Part shown: positions 49,153 through 59,351 of the stretch, piece after piece
How the letters are laid out: every line of letters begins with the position of its first letter
Position numbering within the stretch: position 1 is the stretch's first letter
NCBI GenBank assembly: GCA_963782525.1
Contig: CAWAKC010000001.1
Coordinates: 288,001-352,000 of the forward strand
Source: Candidatus Bathyarchaeota archaeon
GTDB taxonomy: Archaea; Thermoproteota; Bathyarchaeia; Bathyarchaeales; Bathycorpusculaceae
Reading direction: 5' to 3'
DNA: 64,000 bases
The notes under the pieces: model-generated
Databases searched by the model: none
Told to the model about the DNA's origin: nothing
The model's input: only the letters and a program-made list of their open reading frames with translations
Position numbers and translations under genes: made by a program

Positions 49153-50421
49153 TTGAGTACCGCAAAAAAAAGCTCCCTTGAACTATTCAGGCTACGAAAA
49201 ACATTAAACGCCCTTGCCAATAAAGAGGGCAGCCACACGGAACTAATCACCGTCTATGTTCCGCCAGGCAAACAAATCAGCGACGCCCTCAACCTGCTAC
49301 GCAACGAATACGGCACAGCAAGCAACATCAAATCCAACGTCACACGCAAAAACGTCCTCGACGCCATCACTAAAGCACAGCAGAAACTCAAACTCTTCAA
49401 AGATCCAGGCGAAAAAGGCATAGTAGTTTTTACAGGTGCTCTTCTTGCAGAAGGAGCTGCACCAGGAACTGAACGTATGGAAGCCTACGTCATTGTACCG
49501 CCTGAACCCATCAAAATCTTCTTGTACCGATGCGACTCTCGTTTCCACACTGAGCATCTGCAGGAGATGTTGCGGGAGAAAGAAGCGTATGGAATTTTGC
49601 TTGTAGATGCAAATAACTCTACAATTGCAACTTTGCAGGGTAAACGATTGCAGATTGTACGGCAAATGCATTCGGGTGTTGCAGGCAAAACTAAAGCAGG
49701 CGGGCAATCAGCCCGGCGTTATGAGCGACTTCGAGACATGCAGCTTAACGAATATTTCACACGGGTCGGTGTACATGCTAACGAAACTTTTCTGCCGATT
49801 GAGAATTTGAAAGGAATTATCCTGGGTGGACCGGGACCGACAAAATATGATTTTGAGAAAGGCGACTATCTGAACTATCAGTTGAAGAACAAAATTCTCG
49901 ATGTAATCGACACCGCCTATGTGGAGGAACAAGGTGTTAAAGAAATAGTGGATAAAGCCCCTGAAATCATGCGTAAAGTCCGCTACATCGAGGAAAAAGA
50001 GGTTATGCAGAAATTCCTCTATGAAGTCGGCCACGATACAGGCTTGATAACGTACGGCGAAGGTGAAGTGCGCAGGTTGTTGCAGAACGGTGCAGTGCGG
50101 ACGGTGTTGATGTCTGAGGATTTGGATTTGGTCCGGGTCACGGTAAAATGCGGCGCATGTGGCTTCGAAGAACAGCATACTGTTAAAAGCAAAGAAGTGG
50201 CTGATTTTGAAAAGGGTTTAGTTGGGAAGCCTTGCGGAACCTGCAAAGCGCCATCCTTTACGATAGTGGATAAGAAAGACGTTGTTGATGACTTGGCTGA
50301 ACTAGCTGAGCTTTCAAACACTGATGTTGAGGTTATTTCGGGCGAAACTGAAGAGGGCCAGATGCTAAAGAACGCTTTTGGCGGTTTAGCTGCGATTTTA
50401 AGGTTTAAAATGCAAGGCTAA
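49153..50421 (+). CDS. prf1: Peptide chain release factor aRF1
   Basis: TASNIKS, YRCDSRF, GGQSARR, FGGLAAILRF. Confidence 0.96.
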   Translation: MSTAKKSSLELFRLRKTLNALANKEGSHTELITVYVPPGKQISDALNLLRNEYGTASNIKSNVTRKNVLDAITKAQQKLKLFKDPGEKGIVVFTGALLAEGAAPGTERMEAYVIVPPEPIKIFLYRCDSRFHTEHLQEMLREKEAYGILLVDANNSTIATLQGKRLQIVRQMHSGVAGKTKAGGQSARRYERLRDMQLNEYFTRVGVHANETFLPIENLKGIILGGPGPTKYDFEKGDYLNYQLKNKILDVIDTAYVEEQGVKEIVDKAPEIMRKVRYIEEKEVMQKFLYEVGHDTGLITYGEGEVRRLLQNGAVRTVLMSEDLDLVRVTVKCGACGFEEQHTVKSKEVADFEKGLVGKPCGTCKAPSFTIVDKKDVVDDLAELAELSNTDVEVISGETEEGQMLKNAFGGLAAILRFKMQG

Positions 50422-50443
50422 AATCCAAATTCTTAGCCAGTAC

Positions 50444-51148
50444 CTAATTTTCTATTTTAATTATCTGAGGTATCTTTCCAGCCGTACCAACTTGACCCTT
50501 GTAGATTATGAGCATACCCTTAACACCTTCAATCGACATGCCTTTGACTATTCCAGCTTGGATTCCTGCGTTGGCATTCTCACCTTTTACCATGTTGCCA
50601 ACGGCTGTTGCTGCTGAATCTGCCAACGAGGCGTACTTACAGAATACAACTGCCGCTTCGGCATCTCCAAAACTGAGTGCATGACTAAAACGTCCTGAAC
50701 TGGTGGCGACACCGATTGGGAACTCGGTAAGTCGGAAGCCGAATTGTTTTGAGAGGGGTTCCTCTCCGGCAGCAACTGCCACATCAACGGGTTGGTTGGA
50801 GACTGCTGAAATCTCGCCGCCATCCTCCACGACCGCTACTTCGCATCCTGCGCGTTTCATGTCTTTTACTGCTAGATCTGCTATGGCTCCTGCGACCCCA
50901 GCCATCGGACCAACACCAGCCTTCTCTGAGGCTTGCGCCATCAACTTTGCCACAAGAGGCTCCTCTTGGACAGGAATTGGCATTAGGGAGTGGAGAAACT
51001 TTGGATTAGACCTAACATAAATCTCCAACACTTGATAATTACGTTTAATCGATTCTTTAGCGGCTTGGATTGCCTCTTGCCGATCAGAAATAATGGTGCA
51101 TTGAGCTTCTTTTAGGGTAAAGTTTTCTTTGAGAAGCTTTCCCATCAA
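50444..51148 (-). CDS. UPF0280/ApbE-like protein (COG2122)
   Basis: VGPMAGVAGAIA, DGGEI, ATSSG..HALSFG.A, LADSAATA. Confidence 0.88.
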   Translation of the reverse strand: MMGKLLKENFTLKEAQCTIISDRQEAIQAAKESIKRNYQVLEIYVRSNPKFLHSLMPIPVQEEPLVAKLMAQASEKAGVGPMAGVAGAIADLAVKDMKRAGCEVAVVEDGGEISAVSNQPVDVAVAAGEEPLSKQFGFRLTEFPIGVATSSGRFSHALSFGDAEAAVVFCKYASLADSAATAVGNMVKGENANAGIQAGIVKGMSIEGVKGMLIIYKGQVGTAGKIPQIIKIEN

Positions 51149-51582
51149 CTTTTCTTTACCTTATCTTTCGATGTACGATCAGCGCCATTTGGTTTGATTG
51201 ATTTTATAGCTCGGGCTGGGCACGCGTCAACGCAGATGCTGCAGGTGCTACCAAGGCATTTTTCTTTGTTAAACTCGACTGAGGAGTCTTTGGCTAAGCT
51301 GATTGCTTCCACGGGGCAAAGTGCGATGCAGCTGCCGCAACTGAAGCATTTTTCACTGTCAACTTCGATGAGTTTTGGAACGGTTACTGAGACTCCTCTT
51401 TGCCGGAAAGCATTGACGACTTTTTCCAAGATTGCATCAGGTACTTCAGCGAGGATTTCGCCCCCTTTCGAGTTAATGTGCGCTGATAAGATTGCCATGG
51501 GCACTTTGTATTCGATGATGATTTGGGAGGCAATGGGCTCTGAAACTTGGTCTTCGTTAAACCTTATGAGAATTCTCGCCAT
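51145..51582 (-). CDS. NIL domain-ferredoxin (partner of homocysteine synthase)
   Basis: NIL-like N-terminus; CFSCGSCIALCP, C..CSICVDACP. Confidence 0.85.
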   Translation of the reverse strand: MARILIRFNEDQVSEPIASQIIIEYKVPMAILSAHINSKGGEILAEVPDAILEKVVNAFRQRGVSVTVPKLIEVDSEKCFSCGSCIALCPVEAISLAKDSSVEFNKEKCLGSTCSICVDACPARAIKSIKPNGADRTSKDKVKKS

Positions 51583-51586
51583 AAAT

Positions 51587-53089
51587 TTACCGTCCTAACA
51601 GTTTTGAAACGTCTTCTGAAGTAACTATGCCCAGCACTTTTCGTTCAATATCAATTACGGGCAATGCTGAAATGTTGTTTTGGGCCATGCGTTTAGAAGC
51701 AATCTCCAGCGGCTCGTCTGATTTGGCTGTTACGACGTTGTGTGATTCTATGTCAGCTAATGCTGTTTTGCCTTCAGCCATAGCGCGAGTAACATCCCAG
51801 GATGTGACGATTCCAAGCAGTTTGCCTGTTTCATCCACTACAACTATATGGTTGACCGATTTGGTTACGATGCGTTTTGCAATAGCTTGGATTTCTTCGT
51901 CTTCAGTGCAGGTGACTGCTGGATGCATGACGTTGTAGACAAAGGGAATTTCCTCGGTTTGCCTCATGGGCTTGAAAACCGTATTTGTCGTCAAACGCTC
52001 CACAGGTGCGGATAGAAAAAAGGTGCCTTCATCAATCCATTCCTTGAGCCTTTGGGAGACCTTCTTTGCCATCTTTATACTTGACAGCGAGCTTACACGG
52101 ACTTTTTTGCCGTTAACGGTTATGGAGCCCGATTTTAGTTCTTTGTAGCTTACCTGACCAAACTTGGGGCGGTCGCGTCGTGGCACACTATAATCAACTA
52201 TGTCGGTTAGGATTTCGCTGTCTCGGATGGCAGTTTTTTTGGCTAAACCTTCGTTGAGGATTGGAATTGGAACTCCCAAGCCCACGTACATTGATGTGCC
52301 ATACCCTGTAAAGGCGGCGCCCTGCAAAAATTCAGGCGACATCTTTTTGGCATCGCCCTTAACCATGAGGGTTCCGTTGAGGTTTTTGGGGCTATGCTGA
52401 GTGCCTTCGCCGATGATGTAGCCTTGTCCGCCGCCGAGAAAGATACGGGTTCCCATGCCCATCGTCTCGTAATTTGGGTCGTTCATGAGCGGATTGAGTT
52501 CTCCCGCACCTGAGAACGTGGCGTTTCGGAATCTAGGCAGAAGTTTACTCATGTAAGTATAGATGGTTTCATCGCTGCTGTTCACGGCGCAGTTGTAGCG
52601 TTGGTAGCAGTTACGGAAATTGAGGAGGATAAACTGGTTTAAATCGTCCTTTGTCAGAGATGTTTTAAGCGAAGTTCTCGGATAACAATCAGTCCCGAAC
52701 GAGGTGGCTCGCAGTTCAACTTCTTTTCCAGCCACTAAGTCTTGGATGACGTGTCCGCCGCCGTACTCGAACTTCTGCTTTTCCGACATGTTTGTAGCGC
52801 CGATAAATAGGTCCACCGCTGCTCCTGGATGACAAACTTCAACGTCGTTCATCCAAGCATGGTCGATTTTTATCGGTGGGTCAGAATGGCCAAGGTTAAC
52901 CACTGCGCCGGATGAACACATTGCTCCAAAAGTGCCCGTTGTAACAACATCTACTTCTTTGAAGGCAACCTCAACACCGCTGCTTTCAACCAACTTCTTC
53001 ATTTCCTCTGCAGTTAAAACTTGAGCATCGCCCTTGCGGATTTTCTCATTAATTTCTTCTACTGTCCGAGTCTTTGCTTGGTTAGACAA
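51587..53089 (-). CDS. L-aspartate semialdehyde sulfurtransferase (DUF39 + CBS homocysteine synthase)
   Basis: EINEKI, VDVVTTGTFGAMCSSG, YGGGHVI, RNCYQRY, C-terminal CBS pair. Confidence 0.92.
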   Translation of the reverse strand: MSNQAKTRTVEEINEKIRKGDAQVLTAEEMKKLVESSGVEVAFKEVDVVTTGTFGAMCSSGAVVNLGHSDPPIKIDHAWMNDVEVCHPGAAVDLFIGATNMSEKQKFEYGGGHVIQDLVAGKEVELRATSFGTDCYPRTSLKTSLTKDDLNQFILLNFRNCYQRYNCAVNSSDETIYTYMSKLLPRFRNATFSGAGELNPLMNDPNYETMGMGTRIFLGGGQGYIIGEGTQHSPKNLNGTLMVKGDAKKMSPEFLQGAAFTGYGTSMYVGLGVPIPILNEGLAKKTAIRDSEILTDIVDYSVPRRDRPKFGQVSYKELKSGSITVNGKKVRVSSLSSIKMAKKVSQRLKEWIDEGTFFLSAPVERLTTNTVFKPMRQTEEIPFVYNVMHPAVTCTEDEEIQAIAKRIVTKSVNHIVVVDETGKLLGIVTSWDVTRAMAEGKTALADIESHNVVTAKSDEPLEIASKRMAQNNISALPVIDIERKVLGIVTSEDVSKLLGR

Positions 53090-53378
53090 AGTAGCTTACC
53101 TTAATGCCAATCGAAAAGGTGGCGCGTGAATATATTTTTTGCGTAAAAACTCGATACATGCAGCCTGTTTTTTGAACCTCAACTGAGATGGGCGCATTTG
53201 GATCTAATATCCAATCTTGCTATTCACCTAAAGAGCGGTGATAGGCGGGTGATCATATTCAGAGCCTAATAGAGGTTCTATCTGAAACCTATAAATGGCA
53301 GGCAAAAATCCCTAAGAAGGATAAGCCGCTATTGGCGTTATAAGCTTTCAATAATATTTTGAAGATAAGTGAAAGTGG

Positions 53379-56300
53379 TTACCAATGCTTCCAGGGTAAG
53401 TCGTCCATGTACTCGTTTAGGCTGCGTATGCTGTTGCCGTTTTTGCCCTTCGTTTTTAGGACCTCGACGAGTGCGGCTGCGAGTTGTAGGTTGGTGATAA
53501 CGGGTATATTGAATTCTACTGCTTGGCGTCGGATTACGTAGCCGTCGGTTAAGATTTCTGAGAAGCTTGAGCGTCGATTCGCCATGGGCACGTTGATGAC
53601 CAAGTCGATCTTGCGTTCCTGCAAGTAATCCATGATGTTTGGGCTCACTTGTGCGTCTTTGACTTTGTAGAGTACAGTGGCGAATACGCCGTTTGCATTG
53701 AGTACGTCGGCTGTGTGTTGGGTTGCATATATTTTGAAGCCCATTTCCGCAAGCGATTTGGCAATTGGCACAACGCGAGCTTTTCTTGCTCCGTCGCCAC
53801 CAACGCTTATGAAGACTTTGCCATCTTTGGGTGGAATGGTGAATTCGGCAGATTGCAATGCCTTGCTGAAAGCATCAGAGAAGTTTTCGCCTAAGCATGC
53901 CACCTCGCCTGTGCTGAGCATCTCAACTCCGAGAACTGGGTCGGCGCCGCTTAAACGCATGAAGCTAAACTGTGGAACCTTGACACCCACGTGAGGTGCA
54001 ACCCGCATTGGCGAGAGTTTGACGCCGTCGATTTTTTTCCCCAGCATTGCCAAAGTAGCCAGCTCAATCATGTTTATTCCTCGTGTCTTGCTAACAAACG
54101 GCATAGACCGAGAAGCTCTCAGGTTACATTCGATGACGTTTACAACGTCGTCTTTGACAAGGTACTGGATGTTGTAGGGTCCATGAATCTGAAGGGCTTT
54201 TACTATACTTTGGGTGCATTCTTCGATTTTCTTTTGAACCTCAACCTTCAGCGCCTGGGGCGGAATAGTCATTGTTGCGTCGCCGCTGTGGACACCCGCA
54301 TTTTCGACGTGTTCCATTATAGCTCCGATAAACACGTTTTCGCCGTCGGAGACGCCATCGACTTCGACTTCTTTGGCTTGGGTAATGAATTTACTGATAA
54401 CGACTGGGTGGTCGCGTGAAACTTTAGCGGCTAAGTTTAGGAAGTTCTCAAGCGAAGTTTCGTTGTAGGCAACACGCATCGCTGAACCAGATAAGACATA
54501 ACTTGGACGCACAAGAACTGGGTAACCTATTTTCTGAGCAAACCGCTTCGCATCTTCAATAGAGAGGAGTTTGCTCCAACTCGGCTGGCAAATCTCCAGC
54601 TGATCCAGAAGCGCACTAAATTTTGAGCGGTCTTCCGCCAAATCAACATTCTCCGCCGAAGTTCCCAGAAGTTTTACTCCCGCTTTGGAGAGAGCCATGG
54701 ATAGGTTGTTTGGGATTTGTCCACCGACGCTTGTTATAACGCCTAATGGGTTTTCTTTTTCGTAGATGTCAAGGATGCGTTCGATGGTTAGTTCTTCGAA
54801 GTAGAGTTTGTCGGAGACGTCGTAGTCTGTGGAGACGGTTTCGGGATTGTAGTTGACCATGATGGCTTCTTTTATGCCGTTCTTCTTTAGCGCCCAAATC
54901 GTGTTGACACCGCACCAGTCGAATTCCACGCTTGAACCGATCCGGAAGACGCCTGCGCCAAGTACGATGACTTTGCTTGGTGTGGTGGAGAGTTCTATGT
55001 CGTCTTCGTCTCCACCGTAGGTAAGATAGAGGTAGTTGGTTTTGGCTGGCCACTCAGCTGCAAGAGTGTCGATTTGTTTGATAGCTGGGATGATGTTAGC
55101 GTTTTTTCTAAATGCTCTGATTGTGAATTCGTCAGTTTTTTGGCACTCGGCAATTTGTTCATCAGAGAATCCTATGCGCTTGGCTTCGCGGATAGTTTCT
55201 GTTGCTGAGGCTTCTGCAAGGTTCAGTTTGCGCAGTTGGGCTTCCATGTTGATGATGTTTTGGATTTTGTAGAGGAAGAAGGGGTCAACGCCGCTTAAGC
55301 GATAGATTTCCATAATAGGTATGCCCATTTTGAGGGCTTTAACAAGCTTGTAGAGACGCTCGTCAGTTGGGTTTGCTATTTCATCTCTTATTCGTTCTTC
55401 AGATTCGACTTCGATGTCTTCGGGGTTGCAAACTAAGCCAATCTTGCCCGTATCCAACATGCGAACTGCTTTTTGGAGAGCCTCTTCAAAGCAGCGACCA
55501 ATCGCCATGACTTCACCCACAGAACGCATCTGTGGACCGATGTGACGGTCGGCGTTCTTGAATTTCTGGAGGTCCCAGCGCGGGATTTTGACGGTTATGT
55601 AGTCGAGGGCTGGTTCAAAGCAGGCGGTTGTGACTTCGGTGACTTTGTTGATAAGTTCAGGCAGAGTATAGCCTAAAGTAAGTTTTGTCGCGATGTATGC
55701 AAGGGGATAACCCGTGACTTTGCTTGCGAGCGCTGAGCTTCTGGACATGCGTGAGTTAACTTCGATGACACGGCATTCTTCGGATTTAGTGTTAAGTGCC
55801 CATTGGATGTTGCATTCACCGACAATGCCGAGGTGGCGGATAGCGTTAATAGAGATTGAGCGAATGAGGTGGTATTCGCGGTTGGTCATGGTTTGCGACG
55901 GCGCAACCACGATGCTGTCGCCAGTGTGGACACCCATGGGGTCAAAGTTTTCCATGTTGCATACGGTTAAGCAGTTGTCAGCGTAGTCACGCATGACTTC
56001 GTATTCGACTTCTTTCCAATGCCCTACATACTCTTCGATTAGGATTTGTCCGATCCTGCTCTGAGCGATACCGCGTGTTGCATGCTCTTTCAGTTCTGCA
56101 GGGTTATGGGCTACGCCTGAGCCTTTGCCGCCTAAAGTGAAAGCAACACGAATGATGACGGGGTAGCCGATTTCCTCGGCAATTTCTAAGGCACCTTTCA
56201 CGCTGATGGTTGATTTGCTCTTAAGAGGGGGCACCCCTGCTTCGAGCATGGATTGGCGGAAACGTTCCCTGTCACCAGTGTCCTCGATGGCTTTGACTGG

Positions 56301-56654
56301 TGTTCCCAAAACTTTAACGTTGTATTTTTGGAGAATACCTCTTTTTTCAAGTTCTAATCCGCAGTTAAGGGCTGTTTGTCCTCCGAACCCCAACAGGATG
56401 CCGTCTGGGCGTTCTTTTTCGATAACTTTTTCGACGTATTCGGGGGTAACAGGTAAAAGGTAGACTTTGCCTGAGAGGCGTGGGTCAGTTTGGATAGTTG
56501 CTATGTTGGGGTTAATGAGAACAGTTTCGATGCATTCTTCCCTCAGTGCTTTGAGGCATTGGCTACCGCTGTAGTCGAATTCGGCGGCTTCACCGATTTT
56601 AATGGCGCCGCTACCCAAAACCAGAACTTTCTTTATCCAATCAAACTTGGGCAT
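53379..56654 (-). CDS. carB: Carbamoyl-phosphate synthase large subunit
   Basis: GSGAIKIGEAAEFDYSG, duplicated ATP-grasp domains, MGS domain. Confidence 0.97.
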   Translation of the reverse strand: MPKFDWIKKVLVLGSGAIKIGEAAEFDYSGSQCLKALREECIETVLINPNIATIQTDPRLSGKVYLLPVTPEYVEKVIEKERPDGILLGFGGQTALNCGLELEKRGILQKYNVKVLGTPVKAIEDTGDRERFRQSMLEAGVPPLKSKSTISVKGALEIAEEIGYPVIIRVAFTLGGKGSGVAHNPAELKEHATRGIAQSRIGQILIEEYVGHWKEVEYEVMRDYADNCLTVCNMENFDPMGVHTGDSIVVAPSQTMTNREYHLIRSISINAIRHLGIVGECNIQWALNTKSEECRVIEVNSRMSRSSALASKVTGYPLAYIATKLTLGYTLPELINKVTEVTTACFEPALDYITVKIPRWDLQKFKNADRHIGPQMRSVGEVMAIGRCFEEALQKAVRMLDTGKIGLVCNPEDIEVESEERIRDEIANPTDERLYKLVKALKMGIPIMEIYRLSGVDPFFLYKIQNIINMEAQLRKLNLAEASATETIREAKRIGFSDEQIAECQKTDEFTIRAFRKNANIIPAIKQIDTLAAEWPAKTNYLYLTYGGDEDDIELSTTPSKVIVLGAGVFRIGSSVEFDWCGVNTIWALKKNGIKEAIMVNYNPETVSTDYDVSDKLYFEELTIERILDIYEKENPLGVITSVGGQIPNNLSMALSKAGVKLLGTSAENVDLAEDRSKFSALLDQLEICQPSWSKLLSIEDAKRFAQKIGYPVLVRPSYVLSGSAMRVAYNETSLENFLNLAAKVSRDHPVVISKFITQAKEVEVDGVSDGENVFIGAIMEHVENAGVHSGDATMTIPPQALKVEVQKKIEECTQSIVKALQIHGPYNIQYLVKDDVVNVIECNLRASRSMPFVSKTRGINMIELATLAMLGKKIDGVKLSPMRVAPHVGVKVPQFSFMRLSGADPVLGVEMLSTGEVACLGENFSDAFSKALQSAEFTIPPKDGKVFISVGGDGARKARVVPIAKSLAEMGFKIYATQHTADVLNANGVFATVLYKVKDAQVSPNIMDYLQERKIDLVINVPMANRRSSFSEILTDGYVIRRQAVEFNIPVITNLQLAAALVEVLKTKGKNGNSIRSLNEYMDDLPWKHW

Positions 56655-57800
56655 CTACTTAACCTCCAAGGTTTTGGCGAATTTGTCAAACAATAGTTCA
56701 GTGTCGTATGGTCCTGGTGAAGCTTCAGGGTGCCATTGCACAGCGAAAACTGGCTTGTTTTTATGTTTAACACCCTCTGTGGTTTTGTCGTTGGGGTTGA
56801 TGAACCATGGTTCAAGCGGTGTTTTGTTGAGTGACTCCATATTTATTGCGTACCCGTGATTCTGTGTCGTAATATAGCATCGATTGTTGAACATGTCAAG
56901 TGCAGGTTGATTTTGTGCGCGGTGACCAAATTTTAGCTTGTAAGTGTCTCCGCCTAACGCTAAGGTGAGAATTTGTGCCCCAAGACAAATACCCATGAGT
57001 GGAAGCTTCTCAGATAACTCTCGGATGGCTTCGATTGTTTTGGTGCATTTCTTGGGGTCTCCCGGACCGTTGCTTAGGAACACGCCGTCGGGGTTGTAGG
57101 AGAGGATTTCGCTAGCTGAAGTGTCATAGGGGACTCGGGTTACGTTGATGCCTCGTTTGAGCAAGTTGCGGATGATGCTGTATTTAACGCCGCAGTCGAT
57201 TAGGACAACACTCTTTTTGGCGCCTTCAACGGTGTATTTGCAGGGCTTCTTCACTGACACTTCTTTAACTAGGTCGGTTTGGTTGGGGTCGGCGATGTTT
57301 TTGCCGTTCTTCAGGATTAAGTCTAAGTGGGGTTCTTCGCCTGCTTCAAAAACCTGAATGATACCCAGCATGACTCCATGGGTTCGAAGTTTCTTGGTTA
57401 AGCGTCTTGTGTCTATGCCGTATATGCCTGGGACACCTTCGTCTGCGAGCCATTTATCGAGGGTCCGTGTGGATGCCCAATGGAACGGCTCAAGACAGAG
57501 CTCATGAATAACTAAGCCTTGAACTTGGATGTGGTCTGACTCGAAGTAAAGCGGAAGTCCGAGGTTTTGTTCGTTGGATGGAACGCCGTAGTTCCCTACA
57601 AGCGGATAAGTGAAAGTTAAAATCTGCCCCTTATATGACGGATCCGTTAGTGCTTCGGGGTAACCAACCATCTGGGTCGAAAAAACAACTTCCCCAGAGA
57701 TTTTTCCGGTTGCGCCAAAACCTTTACCGATAAAGGACGTTCCGTCTTCAAGAAGCAGTATCGCTTTTTTATTTTTGGATGTACTATTTTGTGGGACCAA
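56655..57800 (-). CDS. carA: Carbamoyl-phosphate synthase small subunit
   Basis: GEVVF..LTDPSY, SNGPGDP, GICLG, QWHPEASPGP; start placed at TTG 57800. Confidence 0.95.
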   Translation of the reverse strand: MVPQNSTSKNKKAILLLEDGTSFIGKGFGATGKISGEVVFSTQMVGYPEALTDPSYKGQILTFTYPLVGNYGVPSNEQNLGLPLYFESDHIQVQGLVIHELCLEPFHWASTRTLDKWLADEGVPGIYGIDTRRLTKKLRTHGVMLGIIQVFEAGEEPHLDLILKNGKNIADPNQTDLVKEVSVKKPCKYTVEGAKKSVVLIDCGVKYSIIRNLLKRGINVTRVPYDTSASEILSYNPDGVFLSNGPGDPKKCTKTIEAIRELSEKLPLMGICLGAQILTLALGGDTYKLKFGHRAQNQPALDMFNNRCYITTQNHGYAINMESLNKTPLEPWFINPNDKTTEGVKHKNKPVFAVQWHPEASPGPYDTELLFDKFAKTLEVK

Positions 57801-57813
57801 AGCCCTATTCAAC

Positions 57814-59316
57814 CTATAACTTTGAATTTTTAAGTCTTGCGTTTTTGGAAGAATCTGATTGTGAATATAATTGCGTGATCGAGTTGAGGCTGTTTTCTGT
57901 GTTAGCAAGTTTTTCTTTGAGTTTAGCGATGTTTGCTTTTGTATGTGTCAGGGTTTTGTTTGTGAATGAGATTGCTTTTTCGACCTCTGCGGGTGATGGA
58001 CCGCCTTGTACTTTATAGGTTTCGATTAGTTTGCGGGGATTTGTGCATTCAAGTATGTCTGCTTTTTTGATAGTTAATTTTATTCCTGCGCTTTCCTGAG
58101 CTACTTTCTGGAGCATTTCAGGGGTCGCATCTAGTAAAGTCTGTTTTGAATCAATAAGTCCCTTAACTAAAGCGCCGATTATTTTGTGGGACGTCCGGAA
58201 AGCAACATTGTACTTGCGTACAAGCATGTTGGCGAGTTCGGTTGCGCCCACGAAGCCTGCTGCAGCTTTGCCTTCTACGTTTGAGGAAACTTTAACGTTA
58301 GGAATAAGTTGTGTGAATATGTTCAGGGAAGCTTTGAGGTTGTCGGTTGATGCCCAAAGTTTCGGCGTTATCTCTTGAAAATCAAGGTTGTAAGTGGTCG
58401 GCAAACTTTTTAGAGCTGCGGCTGAAGCAACAAAATCGCCCAACGCATAGCTGGCTCTTGCACGGATAACTTCGAGGACTTCAGGGTTCTTTTTCTGAGG
58501 CATGATGCTACTGGTTGAGGTGAATTCGTCAGGTAACTCAACCGTCCCAAACGCGGGTGAGCTCCAAATTATCAGGTCCTCAGCTAACCGGCTTAAGTTC
58601 ACCGCAAGCAAAGTTAATGCAGATTGAGTTTCGATGATGAAGTCTCTGCTGCCCACTGCGTCAATCGAATTCTCCAAAACTGCATCGAAGCCTAAGAGTT
58701 CTGCAGTTAATTTGCGATTGATGGGGAAGCTTGTTGTTGCGAGTGCTCCAGCGCCCAAAGGACACAAATTGACCCGCTCGTAAACAGATTGTAATCTTTG
58801 TAGATCTCGTCCTAACCCGTTTACGTGGGAAAGGAGGTAGTGGGCGAAGGTGACTGGTTGGGCTGGTTGCAGATGAGTGTAGGCTAAGATGACTGTTTCA
58901 GTGTGTTTACTCGCTGTTGCCAGGAGGCTTTCCTGCATGTCGAGCACTTGATTCATGATGCCGAGCAACTCTTTGCGCAACGCCATACGGATAGCAGTTG
59001 TAACTTGGTCGTTTCTGCTCTTGGCAATATGCAGATTTCCGCCAACCTCTGGACCCGCCTCGGCTAGAACCGCTTCTTCTACTGCCATGTGGACGTCTTC
59101 AGCGTTGGGGTCAATTTTTTGGCTGTCTATTTTTTGGAGGGCGGAGAGGATTTTTGCGCCATCTTGCCACTGGATGATTTTTTGCTCCATGAGCATGACA
59201 ACGTGGGCTTTGTTGATGGCTAAAACAGCATCAGCTAAGCGAGTATCATCTTTGCGTGAGGAACAGAATTTGGCGACGTCTTCTCTTACATCGACCAATC
59301 TTCCTCCATGCAGCAT
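57814..59316 (-). CDS. argH: Argininosuccinate lyase
   Basis: KSRNDQ, YTHLQPAQP, SSIMPQKKNP. Confidence 0.96.
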   Translation of the reverse strand: MLHGGRLVDVREDVAKFCSSRKDDTRLADAVLAINKAHVVMLMEQKIIQWQDGAKILSALQKIDSQKIDPNAEDVHMAVEEAVLAEAGPEVGGNLHIAKSRNDQVTTAIRMALRKELLGIMNQVLDMQESLLATASKHTETVILAYTHLQPAQPVTFAHYLLSHVNGLGRDLQRLQSVYERVNLCPLGAGALATTSFPINRKLTAELLGFDAVLENSIDAVGSRDFIIETQSALTLLAVNLSRLAEDLIIWSSPAFGTVELPDEFTSTSSIMPQKKNPEVLEVIRARASYALGDFVASAAALKSLPTTYNLDFQEITPKLWASTDNLKASLNIFTQLIPNVKVSSNVEGKAAAGFVGATELANMLVRKYNVAFRTSHKIIGALVKGLIDSKQTLLDATPEMLQKVAQESAGIKLTIKKADILECTNPRKLIETYKVQGGPSPAEVEKAISFTNKTLTHTKANIAKLKEKLANTENSLNSITQLYSQSDSSKNARLKNSKL

Positions 59317-59351
59317 CTTTGACGTTTTCCATGCCCCCGATAGTTATTTGA

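Noticed and set aside
53235-53290. C/D box sRNA
   Set aside because: A CTGA box is present but the C boxes match poorly and no guide target could be verified.
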